Positions 54,879 through 62,984 of a stretch of DNA of 64,000 nt are shown here, one piece after another. The notes beneath the pieces are model-generated. The model worked only from the letters and a program-made list of their open reading frames with translations. It was not told where the DNA came from and searched no databases. This DNA is from an uncultured delta proteobacterium (GTDB lineage Bacteria > Desulfobacterota > Binatia > Binatales > Binataceae). How positions within the stretch are numbered: position 1 is the stretch's first letter; the number at the start of each line of letters is the position of its first letter. The DNA lies in contig CAVWLM010000006.1 in the NCBI GenBank assembly GCA_963755905.1, positions 869,431 through 933,430 on the forward strand, in the 5' to 3' direction. The position numbers and the translations under genes are program-made.

Positions 54879-56561
54879 ATGACGTACGACATTATCATCA
54901 AGGGCGGAACGATCGTTGACGGCACCGGGACTCCGCGCTTTAGCGGGGATGTCGCGCTCGTAAACGGGAAGGTCGCCGAGATCGGCCGCGTCAGCGAAGG
55001 CGCCGCCGAAACTATTGACGCCCGCGGCCTGGTCGTCGCGCCCGGCTTCGTCGATCCGCACACCCATTATGACGCCCAGATCTGCTGGGACCCCCTTATC
55101 ACGTCGTCCTCGTGGCACGGCGTAACCTCGGTCGTGATGGGCAACTGCGGCGTTGGAATCGCGCCGTGCAGGCCCGAGGTGCGGGAGATAGCCGCCTGGG
55201 ATCTGGTCAACGTCGAGGCGATCCCATTCGACGTCTTGAGCAAGGGAATCACCTGGGAATGGGAAAGCTTTCCGCAGTTCATGGACGCGGCCGCGCGCCG
55301 CGGGTCCGGCATCAACCTCGGCTTCTTGGCGCCGCTGACTCCGTTTCGCCATTTCGCGATGGGTGAAGAATCGATGGAGCGTGCGGCGACGCCGGCGGAG
55401 ACCGCGCAAATCGCGGCGCTGCTGCGCGAGGCCGTGAGCGCCGGCGCGATGGGCTTCTCCACCACCATCTCGGCGCAGCATATCGGTTACAAAGGCCGTC
55501 CGCTCGCCTGCCGCAACGCCAGCCGCGACGAACTCAAGGCGTACGCCGGCGTGCTCGGCGAGCTTGGCCGCGGCGCGATGGAAGTGTCGCTGACCAAGGC
55601 GCCGGGGATCCTCGCGGAGGACGAGTACGAATTTCTCGACATGCTTTTGAGCGCAAGTGGCCGGCCGGCGACCTGGCTCGCGCTGCTCGGCCGCGACGAC
55701 GATCCCGATGCCTGTCTCAAGTCGCTTGACCGGGCCGAGCCGTTGGTGCGCCGCGGCGGCGTGCCGCAAGTCACTTGCCGGCCGCTGATCGTACAACTCA
55801 ACCTGCGCGAGCCGTTCATCATGGCCGCGATGCGCACCTGGAACCCGGTGTTCAACCAGCCGCCGGAAGTCCAGAAGAATTTCTACCGCGACCCGGGCTT
55901 TCGCGAGAGCTTTCGCCGTGAGCTCGAACGTCCGGGAATTTTCTCCGGCCGCTGGGAGCGCATGGAAATCAAGGAGGTCGGCAATCCCGCGCTGCGCGCG
56001 CTCGAGGGCCGCACGGTCGCCGAAGTCGCGCGCGAGCGCGGCCGCGACGGTCTCGACACCTTCCTCGACCTGGGGCTCGAAGACGATCTGCAAATCGAAT
56101 TCAGTTATGCGGTGTTTAACGCCAACGAGGATCGGATTCCCGAACTGCTGCGCGATCCGCGCACCATGCTGGGATTGTCGGACGGCGGCGCCCACGTCGA
56201 CATGCTGATCGACGCCGGCTACACGACCTACCTGCTCGGCACCTGGGTCCGCGAACGCCAGGCGCTGACCCTGGAACACGCGATCAAACGCATCACCTCG
56301 GAGCCCGCCGACTTCTTCGGGATGCGCACGCGCGGCCGCTTGAAACCGGGGATGGCCGCCGACGTCGCGATCTTCGATCCCAACACGGTGGGTTCGGCTT
56401 TGCGCGGCACGATGCGCAACGATCTGCCGGGCGGCGGGCGGCGCCTGGTCATGGAAGCGCGCGGCATGTACTGCACGATCGTCAATGGGCAGGTGCTCTA
56501 TCGCGAAGGCAAGCCCACCGACGCGCGGCCGGGGACGGTGCTGCGCTGCGGCAACTGTTAA
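54879..56561 (+). CDS. N-acyl-D-amino-acid deacylase (D-aminoacylase) family amidohydrolase
   Basis: YDIIIKGGTIVDGTGTPRFSGDVALVNGKVAEIG...APGFVDPHTHYD is typical of the D-aminoacylase / Amidohydro_3 family. 560 aa. Confidence 0.88.
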   Translation: MTYDIIIKGGTIVDGTGTPRFSGDVALVNGKVAEIGRVSEGAAETIDARGLVVAPGFVDPHTHYDAQICWDPLITSSSWHGVTSVVMGNCGVGIAPCRPEVREIAAWDLVNVEAIPFDVLSKGITWEWESFPQFMDAAARRGSGINLGFLAPLTPFRHFAMGEESMERAATPAETAQIAALLREAVSAGAMGFSTTISAQHIGYKGRPLACRNASRDELKAYAGVLGELGRGAMEVSLTKAPGILAEDEYEFLDMLLSASGRPATWLALLGRDDDPDACLKSLDRAEPLVRRGGVPQVTCRPLIVQLNLREPFIMAAMRTWNPVFNQPPEVQKNFYRDPGFRESFRRELERPGIFSGRWERMEIKEVGNPALRALEGRTVAEVARERGRDGLDTFLDLGLEDDLQIEFSYAVFNANEDRIPELLRDPRTMLGLSDGGAHVDMLIDAGYTTYLLGTWVRERQALTLEHAIKRITSEPADFFGMRTRGRLKPGMAADVAIFDPNTVGSALRGTMRNDLPGGGRRLVMEARGMYCTIVNGQVLYREGKPTDARPGTVLRCGNC

Positions 56562-56618
56562 ACCGCGCCGCATCTCGGCCTCGGGTCGAAGCGGCAAACT
56601 GAGGAGAACGCGCACACG

Positions 56619-57401
56619 ATGGGCAAGCTGGACGGCAAGGTTACCTGTATCACTGGAGCGGCCTCCGGGATCGGCGCCGCCACGGCGCGTCTGTTCGCCG
56701 CCGAGGGCGCGCGCGTGATCATCGCCGACGTCGACGAAACCGGCGGCCACAACGTCGCCGCCGAGATCGGTTCCGCCTCGATCTTTCTAAAGACCGACGT
56801 GCGCGATCCGCGACAGGTCGAGGCGATGGTCAAATTCGCGGCCGAGCGTTTCGGCCGGCTCGACGTGTTGCACAACAACGCCTTCTACGCGACCTGGGGC
56901 GCGGTTGCCGAAACCTCGATCGACGGATGGCTCAAGACCATCTCGGTGACGCTCTCGGGCGTGTTCTACGGGATGCGCTTTGCGATTCCGCAGATGATTG
57001 CGCAGGGCGGCGGAACGATCGTCAATACCGCCTCGATCTCGGGGCTCTACGGCGACTACCGGCTAGCCGCCTACAACGCGGCCAAAGGCGGAGTGGTCAA
57101 CCTGACCAAGGCAGCGGCGATCGAGTACGCCCGCAAGAACATCCGCATCAACGCGGTATGCCCCGGCGGAATCGAAACGCCGCCGGTGCTGGGCATGCTC
57201 GCCCTCGCGCCCGACCCGGCGCGCGCGCGCAAAATCGCCGACGAGCACCATCCGATCGGCCGCCTCGGGAAGCCCGAGGAAATCGCGCGGGTCGTGCTGT
57301 TCCTCGCCAGCGACGACTCCTCGTTTATGACCGGCAGTATCGTGGTTGCCGATGGCGGCGCCACTGCGTGGACCGGGATGCCCGGGCCGCGTCCGGAGTA
57401 G
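56619..57401 (+). CDS. SDR family oxidoreductase
   Basis: ITGAASGIGAA, NNAF, and the catalytic Tyr-x3-Lys as YNAAK. Confidence 0.9.
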   Translation: MGKLDGKVTCITGAASGIGAATARLFAAEGARVIIADVDETGGHNVAAEIGSASIFLKTDVRDPRQVEAMVKFAAERFGRLDVLHNNAFYATWGAVAETSIDGWLKTISVTLSGVFYGMRFAIPQMIAQGGGTIVNTASISGLYGDYRLAAYNAAKGGVVNLTKAAAIEYARKNIRINAVCPGGIETPPVLGMLALAPDPARARKIADEHHPIGRLGKPEEIARVVLFLASDDSSFMTGSIVVADGGATAWTGMPGPRPE

Positions 57402-57433
57402 ATCACCATGAACAGGCGGAGAACGGCAAAGAA

Positions 57434-58663
57434 ATGCCCGCGGAAAAATTCTCGCCGAGATTTTCGGAAGGATATTCGGACGCATATTCGATGACCGACA
57501 TGCTGCAGGATATCCGCGTCGTCGAGTTCAGTGACGGGTGCTCCGCCGCTTTTTGCGGCCGGCTCTTCGCGCGCCTGGGCGCGAACGTCCTGCTGGTCGA
57601 ACGGCCGCGCTCCGGTAGCGCCGTGCGATGGGAGCCGCCGTTCCTCGACGATCTTCCTGGAGTCGAGCGCGGCGGCCTCTTCATGTATACAGCCTCGGGC
57701 AAACGCAGCCTCACGCTCGATCCGATAAGCCCCGACGGCGCGGCGATCCTGCGGCGCCTGCTCGAGCGCGCCGACGTGCTAATCGACGATCGCGAACTCT
57801 CCGCCAGCAGCGCGCCCGCGGAAGACGTCAATCCGCGGCTGGTGCGTCTTGCGTTTCGCCATTTCACTCTCGGCGGGCCGTATGAGAAATGGCTCGCGAC
57901 CGAGCTTCAGCTTGCCGCGCTTGGTGGATGGGCGGCGCAGCTAGGCCAGCCGCGGCGCACGCCGCTGGTGAGTAACAGCCGCACCATGACGGCATTCGTC
58001 CCCGGCGTGGTCGGCGCAATCGCGGCACTGGCGGCCGTGCGCGGCGCGCGCGAACAAGGCCGCGGCCGGCGTATCGACGTGGCCGCGCAGGAAGCGATGG
58101 TCTTCACCACGCGCTTCAATGAAACCTTCCTCTCTTACACCGGCTACGAAATCAAACGCGCGGGCGATAAATTCGCCGGATGGGCCGCCTATCGCACGTT
58201 CAAAGCGGCCGACGGCGACGTCACCGCCGCCGCCGCGACCGACGCCCAGATCGAAAAGCTGATGGAAGTGGCGGGAGTCGACGATCCGCGCTTCAAGACC
58301 CGCAAGGACCGCGAAGCGCGCATCGACGAGTTCGGTGTGGAGATCGGCCGCTGGACCGCCGCGCACAGCCGTGACGAGATTTTCAAGCGATGCCAGGAAG
58401 CTCGCGTTCCGATGGGCAAGGTGAACCGGATCGACGAAATTGCCGCGATGGAACAGGTCCAGGCGCGGGGTTTCTTCGAGGAGATCGATCATCCGGTTGC
58501 CGGATGCCGCCGCTTTCCTGGCGGGCCAGCCAAATTCAGCGGCGAGTGGCCGCGGCCGCGCCGCGCGCCGCTGCTCGGCGAGCATACCTCGGAGATTCTG
58601 ATCGATGAGCTTGGATATGCGGCCGCCGACCTCGCGACCCTCGCCGAGCTGGGTGTTATATGA
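57434..58663 (+). CDS. Family III CoA-transferase (CaiB/BaiF), divergent paralogue
   Basis: IRVVEFSDGCSAAFCGRLFARLGANVLLVE is the N-terminal Rossmann-like motif. The start is ATG 57434 or ATG 57491. The long tracked ORF from 56927 is an artefact overlapping the SDR gene. Confidence 0.8.
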   Translation: MPAEKFSPRFSEGYSDAYSMTDMLQDIRVVEFSDGCSAAFCGRLFARLGANVLLVERPRSGSAVRWEPPFLDDLPGVERGGLFMYTASGKRSLTLDPISPDGAAILRRLLERADVLIDDRELSASSAPAEDVNPRLVRLAFRHFTLGGPYEKWLATELQLAALGGWAAQLGQPRRTPLVSNSRTMTAFVPGVVGAIAALAAVRGAREQGRGRRIDVAAQEAMVFTTRFNETFLSYTGYEIKRAGDKFAGWAAYRTFKAADGDVTAAAATDAQIEKLMEVAGVDDPRFKTRKDREARIDEFGVEIGRWTAAHSRDEIFKRCQEARVPMGKVNRIDEIAAMEQVQARGFFEEIDHPVAGCRRFPGGPAKFSGEWPRPRRAPLLGEHTSEILIDELGYAAADLATLAELGVI

Positions 58664-59895
58664 GCGCCGCGCCGCTGCCGCTCGAGGGAATCCGCATTGT
58701 CGACTTTACCGCCTATTGGGCGGGGCCGCTGCCGTCCGCGATCATGGCCGACCTCGGCGCGGAGGTGATCAAGGTCGAATCGATCCAGCGGCCCGATCAA
58801 TTCCGTATCGTCGCCGTCCCGGGCGACCCGGCGGAAATCTACGAGCTGTCGCCGCCCTTCAACGCTACCAATCGCAATAAGCTCAGCCTGACGCTCGATC
58901 TCGCGCGGCCCGATGGCGTACGGCTGTTCAAGGAACTGGTCCGGCGGAGCGACGCGGTGGTGCAGAACTATTCGCCGCGCGTGATGCCCCAACTCGGGCT
59001 CTCCTACGAGACCCTGCGCGAGGTCAATCCGGCGATCGTGATGGCGTCCGTGTCGGGCTTCGGCCAGGAAGGGCCGTGGCGCGACTACGTTTCGTTCGCC
59101 GCTATCGGCGAGGCGCTTTCCGGAATCTCGGGCCTGAGCGGATACACCGGCGAAGGCGCGCTGATCCATGGCGTGGGCGTCTCCGATCCATTCGCGGGCT
59201 ACCTCGCGGCCTTCGGCACGCTCGCGGCCGTGCATCACGCGCGCGCCACGGGCGAAGGCCGGCACGTCGACGTCTCCCAATTAGAGGCGAGCATGCAATA
59301 CATCGCCGACGCGCTTATCGAGTTCGAGTTCACCGGGCGCGGGCGCGAGCGGGCGACCAGCGACGACTCGGCGATGGCGCCGCACGGCGCGTTCCCGGCT
59401 CGGGGCGAGGATGCGTGGATAACGCTAAGCGTCGCGACCGAGCAACAATGGCGGGCGTTGCTGGCGGCGATGGACACTCCCGGATGGGCCGCCGACGCGC
59501 GCTTCGCCACGCCGCTGCTCCGGCGGCGCAACCGCGAGGCGCTCAACGAACAGGTCGCCCAGTGGACCGCGCGCTTCGACCGCCACGAACTCGCGCACGA
59601 CCTGCAATCGCGCGGCGTTCCGGCGGCGCCGGTGCTGGCGCCTTCGGACCTGCTAAAGGATCCCGGCCTCGAGGCTTCGGGATTTTTCCAGTACGTCGAT
59701 CATCCGGCCGCCGGGCGCCATCCTTATCCCTCTTTTCCCGCGCGGTTCGAGGGAGAGCATCCGCCGATCACAAGGGTCGGTCCGATACTCGGCGTAGACA
59801 ATCACTACGTCCTGTCGAAAATCCTGGGACTGAGCGATGCCGAGATCGCGCGGCTGGAAGCGGAAAAGATTATCGGCAACCGGCCGCTCTATTGA
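58660..59895 (+). CDS. Family III CoA-transferase (CaiB/BaiF)
   Basis: GIRIVDFTAYWAGPLPSAIMADLGAEVIKVE and the GVSDPFAG motif. The ATG overlaps the stop of the preceding CoA-transferase (ATGA). Confidence 0.9.
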   Translation: MSAAPLPLEGIRIVDFTAYWAGPLPSAIMADLGAEVIKVESIQRPDQFRIVAVPGDPAEIYELSPPFNATNRNKLSLTLDLARPDGVRLFKELVRRSDAVVQNYSPRVMPQLGLSYETLREVNPAIVMASVSGFGQEGPWRDYVSFAAIGEALSGISGLSGYTGEGALIHGVGVSDPFAGYLAAFGTLAAVHHARATGEGRHVDVSQLEASMQYIADALIEFEFTGRGRERATSDDSAMAPHGAFPARGEDAWITLSVATEQQWRALLAAMDTPGWAADARFATPLLRRRNREALNEQVAQWTARFDRHELAHDLQSRGVPAAPVLAPSDLLKDPGLEASGFFQYVDHPAAGRHPYPSFPARFEGEHPPITRVGPILGVDNHYVLSKILGLSDAEIARLEAEKIIGNRPLY

Positions 59896-59926
59896 ACGCC
59901 GGGCCCGGTCGATTTCAGACCCTGTT

Positions 59927-60769
59927 TCATACCTGGCCGATCAATTCGCGCCCCGCTTCTTCGATCGCGCGCACGAACTTGCCGCTATCACGCGTGTGCG
60001 GCGCGACTACTATCCGATTGACGCCAAGCTCCGCATAGCGCCGTACCAGATCGCGCGCGGGTTGCTCCCTGGGTGTGACGCTTATCTCGATCTCCTCGAA
60101 ACGGCGGCCGTGTTCGGCGCATGCGCGCCGGATGCCTTCGATACATTGCGCGGCGGCTTCCAGGCTGAGCCCATAGCCGAACCATCCGTCGGCCAGTCGC
60201 GCCGTGCGGCTGAAGGCATGCGGAGTCTTGCCGCCGAACACGATCGGCGGATGCGGCCGCTGCACGGGACGGGGCTCGGCGCGCACGCCGTCGATCCGAA
60301 AGAAGCGGCCTGAAAAGCGCGGCCGATCCATCGTCCACAACGCTTTCATCACGCCGAGAGCTTCCTCCGCGCGCAACCCCTTGTGGTCGAACGGCATTCC
60401 TAGCGCCGCGAACTCGACGCCCAGGTTGCCGATTCCGACGCCGAAGATAAGCCGTCCGTTAGAGAGCACGTCGATTGACGCCAATTGTTTGGCCAGCACA
60501 ACCGGATTTCGCAGCGGCACGATGATGATGCCGGTCGCGAGGCGCAAGCGCCGGGTATGCGCCGCGGCGAACGCCATCGTCGCGCACAGGTCGACGAGCG
60601 GCGTGGCCGGCGGCAGCGGCGAGGGCGCCGCCTGCGGATCGGCGAGCACGATATGCTCTCCGCCCCATAGGCTGTCGAAGCCGGCCGCCTCGGCGGCGCG
60701 CGCGGCCGCCGCGATCGCCTCCGGCGTCGTGCAGGGCGGCAGGTTCATTCCGAAGACGCCGAACTTCAT
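59927..60769 (-). CDS. LLM-class (luciferase-like) flavin/F420-dependent oxidoreductase
   Basis: Start at ATG 60769 (MKFGVFGMNL...). GFDSLWGGEHIV, and the length (280 aa) and pattern of LLM F420-type enzymes. The upstream 259 codons of the tracked ORF are R/G-rich and overlap the crotonase gene. Confidence 0.85.
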   Translation of the reverse strand: MKFGVFGMNLPPCTTPEAIAAAARAAEAAGFDSLWGGEHIVLADPQAAPSPLPPATPLVDLCATMAFAAAHTRRLRLATGIIIVPLRNPVVLAKQLASIDVLSNGRLIFGVGIGNLGVEFAALGMPFDHKGLRAEEALGVMKALWTMDRPRFSGRFFRIDGVRAEPRPVQRPHPPIVFGGKTPHAFSRTARLADGWFGYGLSLEAAAQCIEGIRRACAEHGRRFEEIEISVTPREQPARDLVRRYAELGVNRIVVAPHTRDSGKFVRAIEEAGRELIGQV

Positions 60770-60801
60770 CGGATCGCTCCGTCGGCCCGCCGGCGCGCCG
60801 A

Positions 60802-61524
60802 TCAGCCGCGGTCGAGCAGGAGATCGAGCCTGAGCGCGTGGCCGCCCCTGCTGACCGCGTTGACCGTCGCCTTGACTCCCATCACCGCGACCGGATTTTT
60901 CGCCGCTATCACGCTCGCCATCTCGCGCACCGCCGGGTAAAGCTCCTCCTTCTTCACCACCCGATTCACGAGCCCCATCGGCAACAATTCCTCCGCGGTG
61001 TAGCGGCGGCAGGTGATGATGATTTCCTTGGCGATCGCGGGACCGCTCTGCGCCGCCAGCAGCGTGGTCGCGTCCGGGCTGAGCGGCACGCCGAGATCGA
61101 CTTCGGGAAACCAGAACTGCGCGCCGGCGACCGCGATTCGGATATCGCAGCCGAGCGCGACGCCCCATCCGCCGCCGATCGCATAGCCGTTGATCGCCGC
61201 GATCGTCAGCACCTCCAGGTTGGCGAGCAAGGTAAGCGCCCGCCCGATAAGACGGGTGCGGCGCGTCGAGAGCAGAGCAAACCGGCGTTGACGCTCCAGC
61301 GGGTCGGTTACATCCTTGAGGGTCGTGAGGTCGGCGCCGGCCGAGAAGGTATTGCCGCTGCCGGTGACGATCAGCACGCGGACCTCGCGGTCGTCGCGCA
61401 CCTGATGCAACAGTCCCTCGAACTCCAGCACGACCTCTTCGTTGAGTGGATTGCGCTTCTCGGGCCGGTTGAAAGTCAGGGTTGCGACCCGGCCTTCTTT
61501 CTCGAGCAGGAAACTTCCCGCCAT
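60802..61524 (-). CDS. Enoyl-CoA hydratase/isomerase (crotonase) family protein
   Basis: VATLTFNRPEKRNPL...VLIVTGSGNTFSAGADL...AAINGYAIGGG. Confidence 0.9.
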   Translation of the reverse strand: MAGSFLLEKEGRVATLTFNRPEKRNPLNEEVVLEFEGLLHQVRDDREVRVLIVTGSGNTFSAGADLTTLKDVTDPLERQRRFALLSTRRTRLIGRALTLLANLEVLTIAAINGYAIGGGWGVALGCDIRIAVAGAQFWFPEVDLGVPLSPDATTLLAAQSGPAIAKEIIITCRRYTAEELLPMGLVNRVVKKEELYPAVREMASVIAAKNPVAVMGVKATVNAVSRGGHALRLDLLLDRG

Positions 61525-61751
61525 GACGCTTTCTCCTATTCGGCAAAGTCTGACGATCGCTCTGGGAGCGGCCGGCGCGAGAGCATCCGCCGCCCGGCGA
61601 GCGATTTCGCCGCTATCTTATCAACGATGCCGAGACTGCCTTAAAGCGGTCAAACTTGACAACCCAAAAGGCGCTTGTCTTACTGCTGACTGGACGTTTT
61701 GCCGCGTTTCGTGTGAAAGCGTGACGCGCCCTGTTCCGCCCGGACGACTGC

Positions 61752-62978
61752 ATGAGCCTTAGCCACCCGACCCACGTACTCGACGGCTACAAAGTCCTCG
61801 ACTTCACCCAGTTCATAGCGGGACCCACTGTCACGCGGATGATGGCGCAGATGGGCGCTGACGTTATCAAGGTGGAAATCGCGCCCGACGGCGACCGCAC
61901 TCGGGTGCTGCCGTACTACCGCGACCATCGCAGCGGCTATTTCATTCAGCAGAACCTCGGCAAACGCAGCCTCTGCCTGGACGTCAAAAATCCCGCTGCG
62001 CTCGCGATTCTCAAGGAACTCGTGTCCAAGGTGGACGTCGTGGTCGAGAACTTCGCGCCAGGAGTCATCGCGCGGATGGGCCTGGACTACGAGACCGTGC
62101 GCTCGCTCAACCCGCGCATCGTGATGTGTTCGGTCTCGACCTTCGGCCAGCAGGGACCGCTCGCGCATCTCCCCGGCTACGACTTCATCGCGCAGGCGTA
62201 TTCCGGCATCACCTACATGACCGGCGAGGCGGACGGCCCACCGTACTTTCCGGCCGCGGCGCTCGGGGACGTAAGCACGGGCGTGCACGCGGCGTTGGCC
62301 GTGGTGGCGGCCCTGCTGCATCGCGAGCGCACCGGCGAGGGCCAGTACCTCGACATCGCGCTGCTCGACGCCTACTTCCACTGCCATCACACGACAATCC
62401 AGATGTACAGTTTGAGCGGTGGCGAGATTAAGCCGGAGCGCAGCGGCCATCATCTCGCCTACTCCGCGCCGTGCGGGATGTTCAAAGGGCGCGAACACTA
62501 CATCATCATCATCGCAGGCGTCGAGCATCAGTTCGCGCAGTTGTGCAACGCGATGGGGCAGCCCGAACTCGCGCGCGACGATCGCTTCAGGACCAGTCCG
62601 CGCCGAATGAAAAACCTACCCGCGCTGATCCGCGTCATCGAGGAATGGCTCGCCTCGATGCCGAGCGACGACGCGGTGATGGAGCGGCTGGCCGAGTATC
62701 GCGTGCCGGCCGCGCCGGTGCTCTCGCCCGACGAGGCGCTCGCGCTTCCGCATCTTCGCCAGCGCGGCACGGTCACCACCGTCGACGATCCGATCCTTGG
62801 CAGCTTCGATCTTCCGGGTTTTCCGCTGCACTTTTCGAGCTTCCCCGAGCCGGCCGGCGGCGGCGCGCCGCTGCTCGGTCAGCACAACGAAGAGATACTC
62901 ACTGGCTATCTCGGCTATTCGCGCGAGAGGGTTGGAGAGCTCGAGAGCGCGGGCATCCTGCATCGCAAGCCGCGCTGA
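61752..62978 (+). CDS. Family III CoA-transferase (CaiB/BaiF)
   Basis: LDGYKVLDFTQFIAGPTVTRMMAQMGADVIKVE and GDVSTG. 408 aa. Confidence 0.9.
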   Translation: MSLSHPTHVLDGYKVLDFTQFIAGPTVTRMMAQMGADVIKVEIAPDGDRTRVLPYYRDHRSGYFIQQNLGKRSLCLDVKNPAALAILKELVSKVDVVVENFAPGVIARMGLDYETVRSLNPRIVMCSVSTFGQQGPLAHLPGYDFIAQAYSGITYMTGEADGPPYFPAAALGDVSTGVHAALAVVAALLHRERTGEGQYLDIALLDAYFHCHHTTIQMYSLSGGEIKPERSGHHLAYSAPCGMFKGREHYIIIIAGVEHQFAQLCNAMGQPELARDDRFRTSPRRMKNLPALIRVIEEWLASMPSDDAVMERLAEYRVPAAPVLSPDEALALPHLRQRGTVTTVDDPILGSFDLPGFPLHFSSFPEPAGGGAPLLGQHNEEILTGYLGYSRERVGELESAGILHRKPR

Positions 62979-62984
62979 CCGCGG

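Noticed and set aside
54849-56750. 633-aa minus-strand ORF, the third-longest ORF in the track
   Set aside because: It is antisense to the well-supported D-aminoacylase and SDR genes. It is extremely R/A/G/P-rich with no motifs, which is the typical shadow ORF of high-GC DNA.
56927-57433. N-terminal 169 codons of the tracked 578-aa ORF (56927-58663)
   Set aside because: This part overlaps the SDR gene in another frame and is R/G-rich. The CoA-transferase similarity begins only after ATG 57434/57491.
60770-61546. N-terminal 259 codons of the tracked 539-aa ORF (59927-61546)
   Set aside because: It overlaps the crotonase gene (60802-61524) out of frame and is R/G/P-rich. The LLM similarity starts at MKFGVFGMN (ATG 60769).
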